Of a stretch of 64,000 bases of DNA, positions 11,628 to 24,551 are shown in pieces. The notes beneath the pieces are model-generated. The model was given only the letters and a program-made list of their open reading frames with translations. It was not told where the DNA came from and made no database searches. A program made the translations under genes and the position numbers. Origin of the DNA: Microthyrium microscopicum (Eukaryota). The stretch lies in NCBI GenBank assembly GCA_010405405.1, contig MU004231.1:4080884-4144883 (forward strand), written 5' to 3'. Position 1 is the stretch's first letter. Every line of letters starts with the position of its first letter.

Positions 11628-14600
11628 ATTGGCGAGGTGTTAAGGAATGAAGTGACAATCGATGGAGTACTGATGATAGAGGCCAAGATCTTCTAGAGCC
11701 CGGCCCATAGAACTTATTTATTCTGCATCATCTATCAAGATATGATCGGAAATAGCGGCACCCTACTGTATGGGCTCGGTCCAAGTCCTATGCGGGTATG
11801 AATTCAGTTCAGGGTGATATTTTTAACCAGAGCTCGGCCCACCTTGCAAAGCATTTTGGATTTTGGAACGAAAGCCATATGGGATTGAAGTTTCAATCCG
11901 TAGTATTAATTGCAGATCGACCATATAACGCTAGAAGCCAGTTAGACTTGAATAAATTCTGGGGGTAGACCTAGCTGATTGAACAGGTACCGCTGTAGAT
12001 ATTGAGGGTGGATTTGCATATATTAGACCCCTTATATTCAGCGCTACGCGCAATGTCGCTCCACCTTCTTTGTATTTTAGGTTACATTATTCCCGAGAGT
12101 CCATCTGCCCCAAGTCTGGGAAGCTCCAACGGCAGATCAAGGATATCATCTGGTCCGTAAATAGGGGCTTTACCCAGTATACATTCTGTAGCTAATGGTA
12201 ATACCTATATTTGCATATACTGGAGTACTCTTTGTTATCAGCGTTTGCTGTTAGTTCCTCAAACAACAATACTGAGGTTTGTGGCGACTTCTATTTAGCA
12301 GCTCCCAAAATTATTCAATAGAGACAATAACCGTGTGCAACAGATTGTGATCGCAGCACTATTACATCACGATCAAAACATAAATTAAGGTTTGATACTG
12401 CTAAGATCGCGGATGAACTAACAGACACTTGTCTCCCTGTGACGTGCAGCTTAGAACGCGGAGATAATCGATTATGGCTTAATGCGAAGCCAAGATGCCT
12501 TAAGCTATCGGATGAGCGGGTGAGTCGAGGATCGTCACTGTCTTGAACTGCATCATGATAGATGGAGTTAGGATGAATCCTTACTTCAATATCCAATAAG
12601 ATCTATTGCTGCAGGACCCTCAATCACTGGCTCCGCAAGGTTGATTCTATTTCGAACAGACATGATCCACACGTTGGCAGTCATTCAAATTACCTTGAAG
12701 CACAAACCCAGGATTGAGAGCTACCGAACTTTTTTGGGAGTTATGTCCAGTTTGTGATTGTACTCGAAACATGGCAGTTGGGAACAAGTAGACATTGAAA
12801 CGTCAGACAACGGATCCGCTGGAACTTCTGCTGTTCTCGATACTAGTCCTCGCGGCATATAAGCTGTCTACTGTGCCAGGCCAATTATCAACCCTTGATG
12901 CAGGATAGCTGTATAATCTTGAAGTCCCAGAGACTTGAAGCATTTCAGAACTATGACTGTGTCGTCACGAAGAATGGGGAAGCCAAGTACCTACAACTAC
13001 ATACGTAGACGGACTTGCCTTTTGCCTCCTTGGCTCGAAGAGGGTTGTTATATGATCCCTATGACCAGTTTCAGGGAACATGATAAGATATTTATCAATC
13101 AATAGTACGCGTAATCACCAACTTCCTATGCGATGACACGGATTCAAGGGCTCGACTACTCACGTGTTTGAGTCGGTAATGAATTACTTTCAGCTCGGCC
13201 GCACGGGAGCAATATTTTGATATAGCCACACGGAAATATGCTCTAACCATCTCATGATTCATAGTTAAAGTAGACATCCACTTGCTGCCAAAAAAATGAC
13301 TTACTGAACGTGTTTTCTTCCATGGAATGTTGTTGCATAGAAGGGATTTTGAGGACCTGATAGGAGCCACCAATCCTTTGCATTCTAAAAATGGGTGGAA
13401 TCTTCTATAATGCGTTCTCTTTGGGTGCCTACTTGTCTACTTGTCCCCGGCTCAGCGCCTTTTTCTGTCTAATCTGGCACCTGGATACAGTCTCCAGAGA
13501 CCGTTTTGTATATCAACATAAAGAAATCCACAGACCGAATTTTGGTACTTCCGATCATACATTGATCTTGTGAAATTATTGGATTTGAACGAGATTACTT
13601 GAACTTAAGCAGAGATTTCAGCTGCGAAAAATGGTCTTGGGCAAAATTCTGAACATCTAACTCAGCATGCGGTATTCGAGTCATATGCTCAGAATTGTAT
13701 AAACGGATGGTCCTGAACAGGGCAAGTAGCCTGCGCAGAGTCTACCCGAGAGGAAGGTCGAAAGTGTGGGACTGTTCCAGAGCACTGGTCCAGAAATAGC
13801 TATTTTTAAAAGAAGATTGTATCCTCAAGGAGCTCCTAGGATTGCAGGATGTACTTCTGATAGCAGCGTGGGGTGGATTCACCTTCGTATATGCTCTTTT
13901 TATATTGTGACATGGCTTGGACTGGACTGTAGCATATCGCTCGCGGTTTTCCTCTCTTGCTATATGAAAAGGTTGTAGTTGCACTGGTAATATTCAGTAC
14001 TTGGTGATATCCAACCTGTCTTTATTGATGGCGAGTTCTTAGGATTCAAATTCCCTGACCAAGCGTAGTAATATTGACACCCAAACTCTAGTTAGATTTT
14101 GACAGTTGGTTCCGCCGCTGTTTTCAGAACTCGCTTTGAGAAGCAGGGACTGTTACTTCAACTTATATCTGGCTAACAATCGGTTCATTGCAGCGCTTCA
14201 TAGTTTGTTCTACTACTAATTAGACCACAGCATGCGTTGGAATTGCTTGTAGCGGATTGTTTTCAGAAAAGGTGCTGTCGTACTACTATAGGATAACATT
14301 CTGGTCGCACTGCTAATAGCATACAACAATGAAATGAGGTGAGGTAACATCAAGATATTATTGGGGAGAATCCAAGTGGAACCATTCGCTACATGTTGAT
14401 TGGCACATTAGATAAAGTCGATGTCTGCGGTGATATGCAAGCCTGGTAAGTGGCTTAACATTACCGTTGGTGTGGACAAGGAGGTTCGGGAGGATTAATC
14501 CTCATCCAACCTAAAGCTGTACTAAATCTAACTTCCTGTAAACCACCGGTGGATTCTGAACACAGCTTCAACACTTGCACACCATCGATTCATACTTGGC

Positions 14601-15367
14601 CAAGGACTTTCCGGCCAATCCTCAAACACGACTGTCTCGCGGAGAGGGTTTTGTTCCACCACCGGTCGACTACCACGTACGGAAGCTGCGCTGGCTACGA
14701 TCCGGGGTCGTTTCAGATCTGCCCATGCGCCCTGAAATTAATTAGCATGACATCTACATGGCAAAAGACGCGATAAGAGCTCTTGGGCCAGAGATCTGGC
14801 CGGCAATGGACAATGGCACCAACCTTGGGACCTTGGCTAGTAGCAGCGGCACACTCGATGAGAGACTGGGAATAGTGACATTCCTATGGTGGCAGGTGTC
14901 GACTACTGCTGTTTTGTAGATTTGCAAACGGCGAGGACGAACATCTTCCATGCATGAACCAAAAGTCTATTGTTGCCACGGTTCTGCCAATGAAATCGAG
15001 CGCCAGACTTCGACAGGAAAGCGCAAACCCTAGTTTCTGGTTTGGTGGCCATCAAATCGACAGATGGGGCAAGTCGTTTGGGGAATGGGTAGGACAGATT
15101 GAGCAGCTCTTGGTGCTCTTCTTGCTGCTCTTATCTTCTCCCCTACCATTGAACCAATTTATGAACATACTTAAATAAATATTATCCGCCAGCTATTCCA
15201 ACTGGACGCCATATCATTCGCGCAATGACAGTCCTCACTTTATTTCTTGAATGAATCCTGGATATCGGGATTAGCGCTACCCGGAACCGTATTTTGAACT
15301 GAGAATATCTTCCCCTCATAAACCTTGAGACGGGGCGGTCGGAAAGTTCATCTTTTTTGTACTCTGT

Positions 15368-18121
15368 ATGGCTTCAACCAACAATGAGGCGGCGAGGCCA
15401 GCTGCACTCGACACCGACATGAACAGCAGGACTCTGGACCAAGTAGAATCCCCAAGGGATCTCGACAAGAAGGAAGCGGACTACGGGCTAAAGTCTCCTC
15501 AAACGATTGATTCCAGTATTCTCGAGAAGGGATATAGTGCACCAGTTTATGGAAGTGATTCGGATCTCTCCGAGCATTTCAACCAGCCACCGCAAACCGC
15601 ACGAGATCTCGCGACAGAGGTTATTCATGCGAAAGATGATCCAACATTGTCGCCATGGACATTCAGAACCTGGTTCATTGGTATGTTCTACAAAATATCT
15701 TTCATTGGCTCCCAAAGGTTGACTCAATGGATCCTCCGCCTGACTGCTCCGCCGGAGCTGCTCATGCAGTGGCTGATATTCTGACACAACTTGTAAGCAA
15801 GTGCATGCTAACTCCAACTTACAGGAATGGGTCTTTCAATCTTTGGTGGAGTACTTGGGACCATTTACTACTTCAAGCCTCAAACTTTGGGTATATCAAC
15901 AGTGTTCCTTGGTGTTGTCAGTTATGTGCTTGGAGAGCTATTATCCCACATAATACCGCGGAAGACATGGCTTGGAAGACTGCTGAATCCACATCCGGTC
16001 AGTTACATATTGTGGCATGCGAGCATACAAAGATTGCTGATATGTTTTTAGTTCAACTCAAAAGAGCATGCCGCCATCATGATCATGAGTAGCACCGCCG
16101 CATCTGCGCCCCTCGCGGTCGAAGTTCTGGCCGTCAACAAATTATACTACAACAAGGCTACACCAGCCATTGTTGGAATCATACTCACCTTTTCTTCGCA
16201 ATGTCTGGGATATGGGTTGGCAGGAATCATGAGAAAGACGCTGACATATCCTACTAACATGCTGTACCCATCAATTCTACCAACGGTTTCACTTGTAGAA
16301 GTTTTGCATGGGGAAAAGTCACAGGTGAAGAAAAAGCTTCGAGTGTTTTACATTGGATTTACAGTGCTGTTTTTCTGGGAATTCTTCCCTCAATACATCA
16401 GTAGGTATCATAAGTGCTCTTTTGAAGGAAATTCTAACTATTATAGTGCCTGTATTGACCGGAATTTCCATATTTTGTCTCTCAAACCGAAAAAACATGC
16501 TATTTACTCGCCTTTTCGGTGGTTCAAACGGAAATGAAGGCCTTGGACTCTTTAGCATTTGCTTTGATTGGCAATACATTGGAGGTGCCGCCATGTGGCT
16601 TCCGCTTCAAACACTCTGGAACAACTTCATCGGCTATATCCTATGTATTGTGGTCTTTATGGCTATCTACCAAGGAAACATTTGGCAGTCTCAGCAATTC
16701 CCGTTCCTTTCGCAACTTCTGTTTACGAACGAGAGCACATCGGCTAAGTATGTGCAATTCAACCAATCCGAGATCCTGGGTGCCAACCAGGAAGTTGATA
16801 TGAACTTGGTGGATCAGAAAGGTCTCCCATACTTTGCAGGAACATTCATGGCATATATCTTGACCACAAACTTGGCGATGTAAGTGGAAAACTCCCTATA
16901 CCGAGGTTTGACTTGGGCTAAATTATATACAGTACGGCCACACTGACGCATATGATGCTCTGGAACTATGATGACATAAAATCAGCATGGGCTTTCGCAG
17001 CGCCAAGTCAACTCAAAAAACTGCTAAAACCATCTGCATGGAAGTTCTGGCAGAATGTAGCTGATACTCGGGATCCAAACAGTACAGACCCTCATTTGAA
17101 ACTTATGCTTCGATACAAGGATGCCCCAAACTGGTGGTACCTTATTGTTTTTGCGCTCTCGATCCTGCTTGGACTTATATCAATTTACCAGGCTGACTCT
17201 ACACTTCCATGGTGGGGATTTCTTGTGGCGACTGCTATAAGCTCAATATGCATCCTGTTCTTTGGTGCCCAATATGCACTCACTGGTTTCGCCTTCAATG
17301 TCCAACCAGTTATTCAAATGCTGGGCGGCTACTTACATCCTGGAAAGCCCGTCGCCAACATGTACTTCGTCTTGTTCGGATACAACAGTGTCTCTCAAGG
17401 CCAGCTTTTGATAAAGGATCTGAAATTTGCGCAGTATACACATTTGAGCCCGCGGTGTACCTTCACTATGCAAATGGTGGGGACGATTGTTGGCAGTATC
17501 TTTTCATATATCATCATGGACTCGATCACCACAAATCAACGAGAGATCTTGCTGTCGATTGAAGGCACAAACATCTGGTCTGGTCAGACAGTTCAGACCT
17601 ACAATTCTCAAGTTAGTCCTACCTTCTTTAAACTATTCGGTAACTAATACATCATGCAGGCAATTGCTTGGGGTGGTTTAGCGAGCAGAATGTTCTCCGT
17701 TGGTGGAAGGTACCAATGGGTGACGCTCGCATTCTTGATCGGCTTCATCGCTCCAGTGCCTCTTTATATCGCCCACAAGTTCTACCCTAAGTTGCGATTG
17801 AACTATTGGAACACTTCCATTATCTCATACTATATGGGATTCTTATGTGTGGGTATCAACTCGTCACTGACAGCATTCTTTGCTGTTGGATTCTTCTGTC
17901 AATTCTGGCTGCGGAAATATCGATCCAACTGGTTTATCAAATACAACTACCTACTTTCTGCTGCAATGGATGGAGGAACTCAAGTGTTGGTGTTCATCCT
18001 GACATTTGCAGTGTTTGGTGGAGCAGGTAAAGCGGTTGACTTTCCCAAGTACTGGGGAAATAATCAACAATCAGGCAACTTTGACTACTGTATGAAGGAT
18101 CTCGGTTCGAAGGGTCAGTGA
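15368..18121 (+). CDS. OPT-family oligopeptide transporter
   Basis: 'DDPTLSPWTFRTWFIG', 'LNPHPFNSKEHAAIMIMSS', 'GGSNGNEGLG', 'YKDAPNWWY', 'PGKPVANMYF', 'DLKFAQYTHLSPR' and 'YNYLLSAAMDGG'. Five introns. Confidence 0.95.
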
Positions 18122-18623
18122 TTGAAATTGCGTTGACCGATTACCTTGGAACCTTTGTAGTTTCCTGTATTTATTTATTTATTTCCTGAACGATGTATGA
18201 TTCAACTGAAGCGCTCCTTTTGCGTAAAGAGATGAAATGACTGCCAATCAAGATTGTATGTGATCATCCTCAGATGAGCTATTGCCTGTAGATCATCTTC
18301 TACATATATCATTTACACGGTGGGAAAGACAGCTCCCACATTATTTGTGCATGATAGGCCTAGGTATTTCATTGTGATAGGCTGCCAGCTCCGGTTTTCT
18401 CTGTTTCTTATTCCTACCTTCGAAATAATCATTTTTCTATAAGATCTCCAAATCGATACTTCATTCTCAAATCCATGTTTTCTTGTTAACAGAGTGATAT
18501 TTGTTCCGATACTGGCGTAGTCCGGATCCGGCTACCGCACTCGGGATCCGATTGACCCACACCTCAAAGTCGCGACTACTCTAAGTTTGGTACACATCAA
18601 CAACGAAGACAACCAGCGCTATC

Positions 18624-19904
18624 ATGTCGTTTCGTAAGCATTTTGATAAGCTACAGGGTCAGTTCGACAAGGTGATGGATCGGTTGGACTCTCCCAAGCC
18701 GGGATCCGCACCTCCGGCTGTTCCATCATATTCTCGCCCAGGTCAATATCCAGGACAATATGTGCCGCCTCCAGGCCAGTACTCTCAGGGACCATATCCT
18801 CCCCCAGGACAATATACTCAAAGTACTCAAGGCGCATATAATGCCAGCCCGTATCCTCCAGGTGGTTATCAAAGCCAGTACTCTCCCGGTGGCCAGCCAT
18901 ATGGCTATCCAGGCGGGCAATATCAACAACCTGTTCCCCATAGCGGTTATTATGGACCACCTCCCATCCCGAATCACCCACAAGGACAACAAGAGTCTCC
19001 ATACCAGTCTGTGCCGACACCAGATCTCAGTTCAAAGCCCGGATCAACTGGACCGCCACCTCCACCACTCTCATCCAAACCAAGCGGCTCAGCACCACCG
19101 CCATACCAAGCCGATCACAATTCATCATACTACTGGAACCCAACATTTTCACCTGAAATTCCAGTATCGGAGCACTTTGACTACGATCTCGGCGCTGGAG
19201 GCTGGGGCAATAACGAATTGCAAACATACACCAGCTACCCACCCAACGCATTCCACACTCCACAGCACACTCTGGTTGTTCGCGCTATAGTAGATAAATC
19301 CAAAAGCGCAGACCGAGACAAGTATACATCAGCTCGCTTACTCTCAAAACAGCGACTTGCGCGCCGGCGAGGCTACGTCTCCGCCGTGTTATCTGCGCCA
19401 TGTGCGCGCGGAATTTGGCCGGCATTCTGGATGCTACCGGAAGAGCCATTTGAATGGCCAACAGATGGCGAGATTGACATCTTCGAAGCGTGGAACGGTG
19501 GTGTTGAGAATCATAGCTGTTTGCATTGGGGTGGATATTCTGATCCGCAGGATAAGAACAAGCATCGCACGATCAACACGAATATGCGAGATGTGACAGT
19601 GCCGCATGAGTATGGATTAGCTTGGGAGCAGGACGAGTATGGAGGAGAAGGGGGACGGCTGATATGGTATATTGATGGAAGAGCTGTGATGAAGGCTCAA
19701 AGACCACCAGGGACGAGAAGGCTAGAGTCGTGGCGCGTTCTGCTGAATATTGCAATGGGTGGAACTGTATGTGATGGATGCGTGCCTGAGAACGGCTCGT
19801 ATGACATGACGATTTCAAGACTGTCAATGGGAGATTTGCCTCCTGGTGGCTGGGAAAGGTTCGAAATTGATTACCATAATTGCCGAGAAGGAAGGCCTCT
19901 GTAA
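18624..19904 (+). CDS. GH16 beta-glucanase-like protein with Pro/Gln/Tyr/Gly-rich N-terminus and no signal peptide
   Basis: GGWGNNELQTY, YTSARL, GIWPAFWMLP, catalytic WPTDGEIDIFE, WYIDGR and LLNIAMGG. Intronless 426-aa ORF. Confidence 0.92.
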   Translation: MSFRKHFDKLQGQFDKVMDRLDSPKPGSAPPAVPSYSRPGQYPGQYVPPPGQYSQGPYPPPGQYTQSTQGAYNASPYPPGGYQSQYSPGGQPYGYPGGQYQQPVPHSGYYGPPPIPNHPQGQQESPYQSVPTPDLSSKPGSTGPPPPPLSSKPSGSAPPPYQADHNSSYYWNPTFSPEIPVSEHFDYDLGAGGWGNNELQTYTSYPPNAFHTPQHTLVVRAIVDKSKSADRDKYTSARLLSKQRLARRRGYVSAVLSAPCARGIWPAFWMLPEEPFEWPTDGEIDIFEAWNGGVENHSCLHWGGYSDPQDKNKHRTINTNMRDVTVPHEYGLAWEQDEYGGEGGRLIWYIDGRAVMKAQRPPGTRRLESWRVLLNIAMGGTVCDGCVPENGSYDMTISRLSMGDLPPGGWERFEIDYHNCREGRPL

Positions 19905-20325
19905 CCTGCAAGGGGAAGACACGATAACTGTTGACGAGCTTCGAGCTGAAGCTCATTACTGTAATGTCTCAAACTCATGATAAACGGCATGTATATTTAA
20001 CACTGAGGACTACTGTACTACTCTTGCATCTGCGTGCTCATGGAAAAAGGGAGCCCATTATACAACAACACTAAACCCGATCGCATGATAAGTTCCCAAA
20101 AATTAGTGAGTCTTCGTTGGAGTTTCTACTGAAACCATCGGAATTGTCTCAAGTGCTGTAGCAATCGATTTTGAGCGACACTTCATGTCATCCAACACCA
20201 CAGAACACTTTCAATGCCCAAAGATTCCCTTAAAAGCAGCTAAATCGAAGTCGATAAGTTTTTCAAGCACCAAAAACCTCTTAACAACAAACAATTCTAC
20301 TACCGACCATTCCATCTCTGTCAAA

Positions 20326-20732
20326 ATGACAAACAACGAAAGTGTATCCGTCTCCCCAGAGACTCCAGCAGTAAGTTGCACAGGTCCTGCTCCTCCACCA
20401 CTAACACTTGCTAGAAACCGACCGCAAGCGCCCGCAGAAGACCGCCTTTCAAAGTTACCAAGTCTACTAGTGCGCGAGCAACAAATTCCGATCGAAACCT
20501 TCGCGACCGCAGCGTCCTCAAAAGACCGGATCGCTTCATCTGCAGCCCGTCGACCAGTCCAGCACCACGAAGCCTAGCCAACAAGCAGTCCAATAGTGCC
20601 ATTGCACGCGCAAGACGCATCAAAATTGCGGAGCTGGTCATTAATGTCGGCGATCGCATCATCAGGGTCGACTTGTCCAGCGTGTTGCGTGCGACTGCTA
20701 CTACAGTCAGCTTCAAGTGCGAGGAAGTTTGA
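20326..20732 (+). CDS. Small basic hypothetical protein (120 aa, two exons)
   Basis: AAAATG start; exon 20326-20370; 44-nt intron GTAAGT...ACTAAC...CTAG (20371-20414); exon 20415-20732 open to TGA. Confidence 0.55.
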
Positions 20733-20822
20733 GATATGGGGGTTCTATCAAGCCCGGCAGTGCAATATAGATGTTGATCTCAGAAGCGAAAAGGAGTGTC
20801 ATGTAGTATTTATTAGAGTTGC

Positions 20823-22908
20823 CTAGACAAAATCATACGTGTCTCCAGACGAACCAAGCATGCTCCTAACCCGCTCTGTGCCTACTATTCGTTCCAGTCG
20901 TAGTGCATCCCATTTTGAAAAGAGTGCTCGAATTCTTCCTTCTTCGGCTGAGATGCGTCCTGTGGTAACGCTGGCGCTCAGAAAGGCGGCGATTTCTTTG
21001 AAAAAGATGGGATTGTCCGGCAGTTGGTATACGACTAGACTTTTGACACCCTTGATGGCATATCGGTAGAAGTGGTGCGCACGCCCTGTGTAAAGCATGA
21101 CAGAGTTCTTGCCGGTCAAGAAGTATGAGCGCGCCCGCCGAGTATCAGGTGTGGCTGGGCTTTTATTCTCTGTGACGGTACCAAATGAAAGGCTGGAGAC
21201 AGTGGGTGAGGTGTCAAAGTAGTTGTTAATTCTGACAAAGTCAAAGTATGAAGGGATAAAAATGAGGACTCCAACACCGCCATCTGGTGGTCGAGGAAGA
21301 CGCAGGATCCATGGGATGATGGTGGATGTGAAGAACTTGAAACGTGCATCGGGATCGGATTGAATACTCGGAGATTGAAATCGTGAGAAAGTTTGTTTGA
21401 GCGGCAAGCCTGTTGCAAGAGCGGATCCATTGTACGTAGGTTGGTATTTTAGCTTACCGAAGACATTGAACATATGACTGTTGAAGATCGAGTTTATCTC
21501 CGGGGTGATGAACGCTGACAAGACGATGGTTTGGCGCAGGTATTTTGCTTGATCATCCAGAGACCACATGCGGACACGGCTGAAGTCGCAATCATGCGAT
21601 TCTCTGGGCGAGAGGTTGAGATGGGACATAACATAAGTGACATGTTCCCAATTCTGCATGAGAAGAGCGTCAGTTTGATCAATCACTACCAACTCAATGG
21701 AGGAAAGATAGTCATAATCCTGCTTCTTGCCACTGGAAACTTTTAGCGAGGTCTTATCGATCATATAGGCGCTCCACTTACTCTCCACTATCAATGGCGT
21801 TTCGAAGTCCCAACGGACTAGCCATGATGATATCCGAGTTGTAGAACTGGGAGAAGAACTTGACGGTCTTGCGAGTAAATTTGATGCCCATGCGAAACAT
21901 ATCATCGTCATTTCCTGCAAACAACTCCTTGAAATCATCCGGTCTACCCTCTGGTACTCCTCCCTCTGATGACGAGAAATTCTGTTCAAATCTTTTCCGG
22001 TTTTCTTGCTGCTCTGGTTGGCAAAGTTCAATCAAATTCTCTACCACTCGGGCACATGAGTTACGGGTTGGAACAAGAAACAAGACCTTTGGACGGGTAA
22101 ATCCTTGATCGCGAAATGATGCATCGCTGGAATCTTTAGAACTGGAGAGCTTTGAGTTATGTTTGAGCACTTTGTCTCGTGTCTTGAACACATGATTCAT
22201 CGCATGAAGACAAGTCATATTTCGGACTGTTGATGCGTTATCCACAGTTCTTCCGCCGAATAATACATCCGAATATCTGAATATAGATGAAGCTAGGCTC
22301 AGCTCGGAAGGATCTAAAGATTGGAACAAAGATTTCGCAGCCGACTGGAGTTTCTTTTTGATTGCCGCATTTGCAACAAGACTCTTCTGATTTGCTGATT
22401 GCTCAAAATGTTCATCTTGTCCTTTTGGTACGTAGAAGTTGGAGTGACCTTCACCAAATGATTGCTTCGAGTTACTCCACCCACCTTCCTTGAGCGCGGC
22501 AAGTCTCTGTTCAAGGCCATGGCTTTGAGGCTGGTCGAAGTGGGAGTCAAATGGGTCCGACTGGACATCTTCATCTTCACTCGCATGAGATTCGCCATCT
22601 TCTTTCTCTTCTTCTTCTATTTCTGGTTGATCGGGGTCCGTATGTCGTGAAGCTGCATTGTTTGCCAGTGCATTGGTAGATGTATCCAACTTTCTTCTCT
22701 TACGGCGGTGCTCTTCACGCTCCGGGTTGATTTTGAATATGTCCAGTAGCGTATTGTAGGGACGCGACTTGGAGTCTTCGCCGTCTGAAGCATCGCTACC
22801 TGAGTTGGAAACGTCGTCGTGAACTTCTTGTTCTACCTTTTGCGGAATAATCTTTGGAAAGTCTCTAGTCCCCTTTCCAGATCCCTTGCTTTTTCGGAAT
22901 TGAGCCAT
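20823..22908 (-). CDS. UTP25: U3 snoRNA-associated protein 25 (SSU processome)
   Basis: 'RDQGFTRPKVL', 'FAGNDDDMFRMGIKFTRK', 'FYNSDIIMASPLGLR', 'DYLSSIE', 'MQNWEHV' and 'LFSKWDALRLERIVG'. Intron 21733-21781. Confidence 0.96.
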
Positions 22909-23105
22909 TATTTCTCGAGTTAATGACAGGTCTGGAAATTTGGTGGTGGATGGGAGTTTAAGAGCAGCAAAAAGTTATGCCAAGACTAAACTTTTTTAGC
23001 GTCGTTCCTGCCTTTTCTTTATCGATAAGGAATCGCACTCCCCGCCAACTTCATCAACACCATCTGCATCCCCGTTTCTTTAGCCAGATTGCAAATACCA
23101 CAATC

Positions 23106-24260
23106 ATGGCAGGAAGCTCCTTTCTACACGTAGCGCGGCCTTTGCCTGGTGTAGGCCCACAGCCCACTACCGCGCCCCTCAACGTTTCAATTCAACCACA
23201 GGTTCGTTGCCCCACAAATGTTCGCAAGAACAATCGTTAACGAGATCTCAGGCCCTCTTCTCCGTCATCGACCACTCCCTCCGCCGCGACCAAGAAACCA
23301 AGCGCGTAATCGGTACACTTCTCGGCACACGCTCCGAAGATGGCTCCGACGTGGATATTCGCGCCGCCTATGCCGTCCCACACACAGAAACAGACGAGCA
23401 AGTCGAGGTGGACATGGACTATCAAAAACAAATGCTCGCCCTCCATCTAAAAGCCAACCCGAGAGAGGTCCTCGTTGGCTGGTACGCGACCAGCGCCGAA
23501 CTAAACACTTTCTCCGCCCTCATTCAAAACTTCTACGCTGGCCAGCCTGAAGGAACATGGCCATATCCGGCTGTACATTTGACCGTGGACACCACACCGG
23601 CTGCTGGTATTGCCATGCAGACGTATATTGGTGTGCCGATTGGTGTGACTGAAGAGCGGTCGCAGGATTCGTGCTCGTTTATCCCGGTACCGCACCAGGT
23701 CAAATACACCGATGCGGATCGAAGTGGACTGGAACTTATTTCGAGCGCCAAGGACTCGGATACACGTGCTGCGCTCGTTGGTACAGATCTGGATGCCCTA
23801 GAAGGCGCGATTGAGAAGGTGCTAGATATGCTAGATCGTGTGTCGAATTATGTCTCCAATGTTTTGGACGAAGAGGCTGAGCCATCGACTGCATTGGGCC
23901 AATACCTTATGAACACGCTTAGCTTAGCTCCTAAGGTGGATCCGGCCAACATTGAGCGCGACTTGTACGTTTGAATCCAGCTTGAAACTACTATATGCTA
24001 ATATCACTCGCAGCAACAACCACATACAAGACGTCCTTGTCGTCTCCTACCTCGCCAACACAATCCGCACACAAATCGATCTTTCCAATCGCCTCGCCAC
24101 AGCTGCACTCACAATCGGTGGCGGTGAAGTTACCGGCGAAAACCAAGGAGGAGAGCGTCAAGGTGGTGACAATCGGCGAGGTGGCAAAGGAGGAAGAGGA
24201 GGCCGCGGAGGACAAAATAGACAACAGCAACGGGAGCCACGAGAGCCCACTGAATCATGA
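23106..24260 (+). CDS. eIF3f: Eukaryotic translation initiation factor 3 subunit F (MPN domain)
   Basis: '[32 protein letters not shown]', '[17 protein letters not shown]', '[27 protein letters not shown]' and an RGG-rich tail. Two introns. Confidence 0.95.
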
Positions 24261-24551
24261 TGTAGAGAATGATGTTAGCGTGGTGTATTAGGGATGAAAG
24301 AAAGGAGCATGGTTGCTCCTAAAAGCATCATTCTCGTTGCATAGACAGCGTGTATTTATAAATGATCAAGATCACAATGATTAATGATGCATCAATATTG
24401 CTCAAGTGAAACATTGTATTCTTTTTGTGGCCAAAACCTCAAAATACAGTTTGCCATATGTACAGCTTTTTCCATGATCCAAAGACTATATCCTGCCATC
24501 TTTGACAGAATTGGTGAGATGTAGCTTCCATGGGTGAGCAGATTGTATACT

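Noticed and set aside
13766..13980. Fragment 'LGLQDVLLIAAW...HGL' faintly like a Pth11/rhodopsin-family pseudogene
   Set aside because: Too short and interrupted by stops. Would need a TBLASTN hit to support it.
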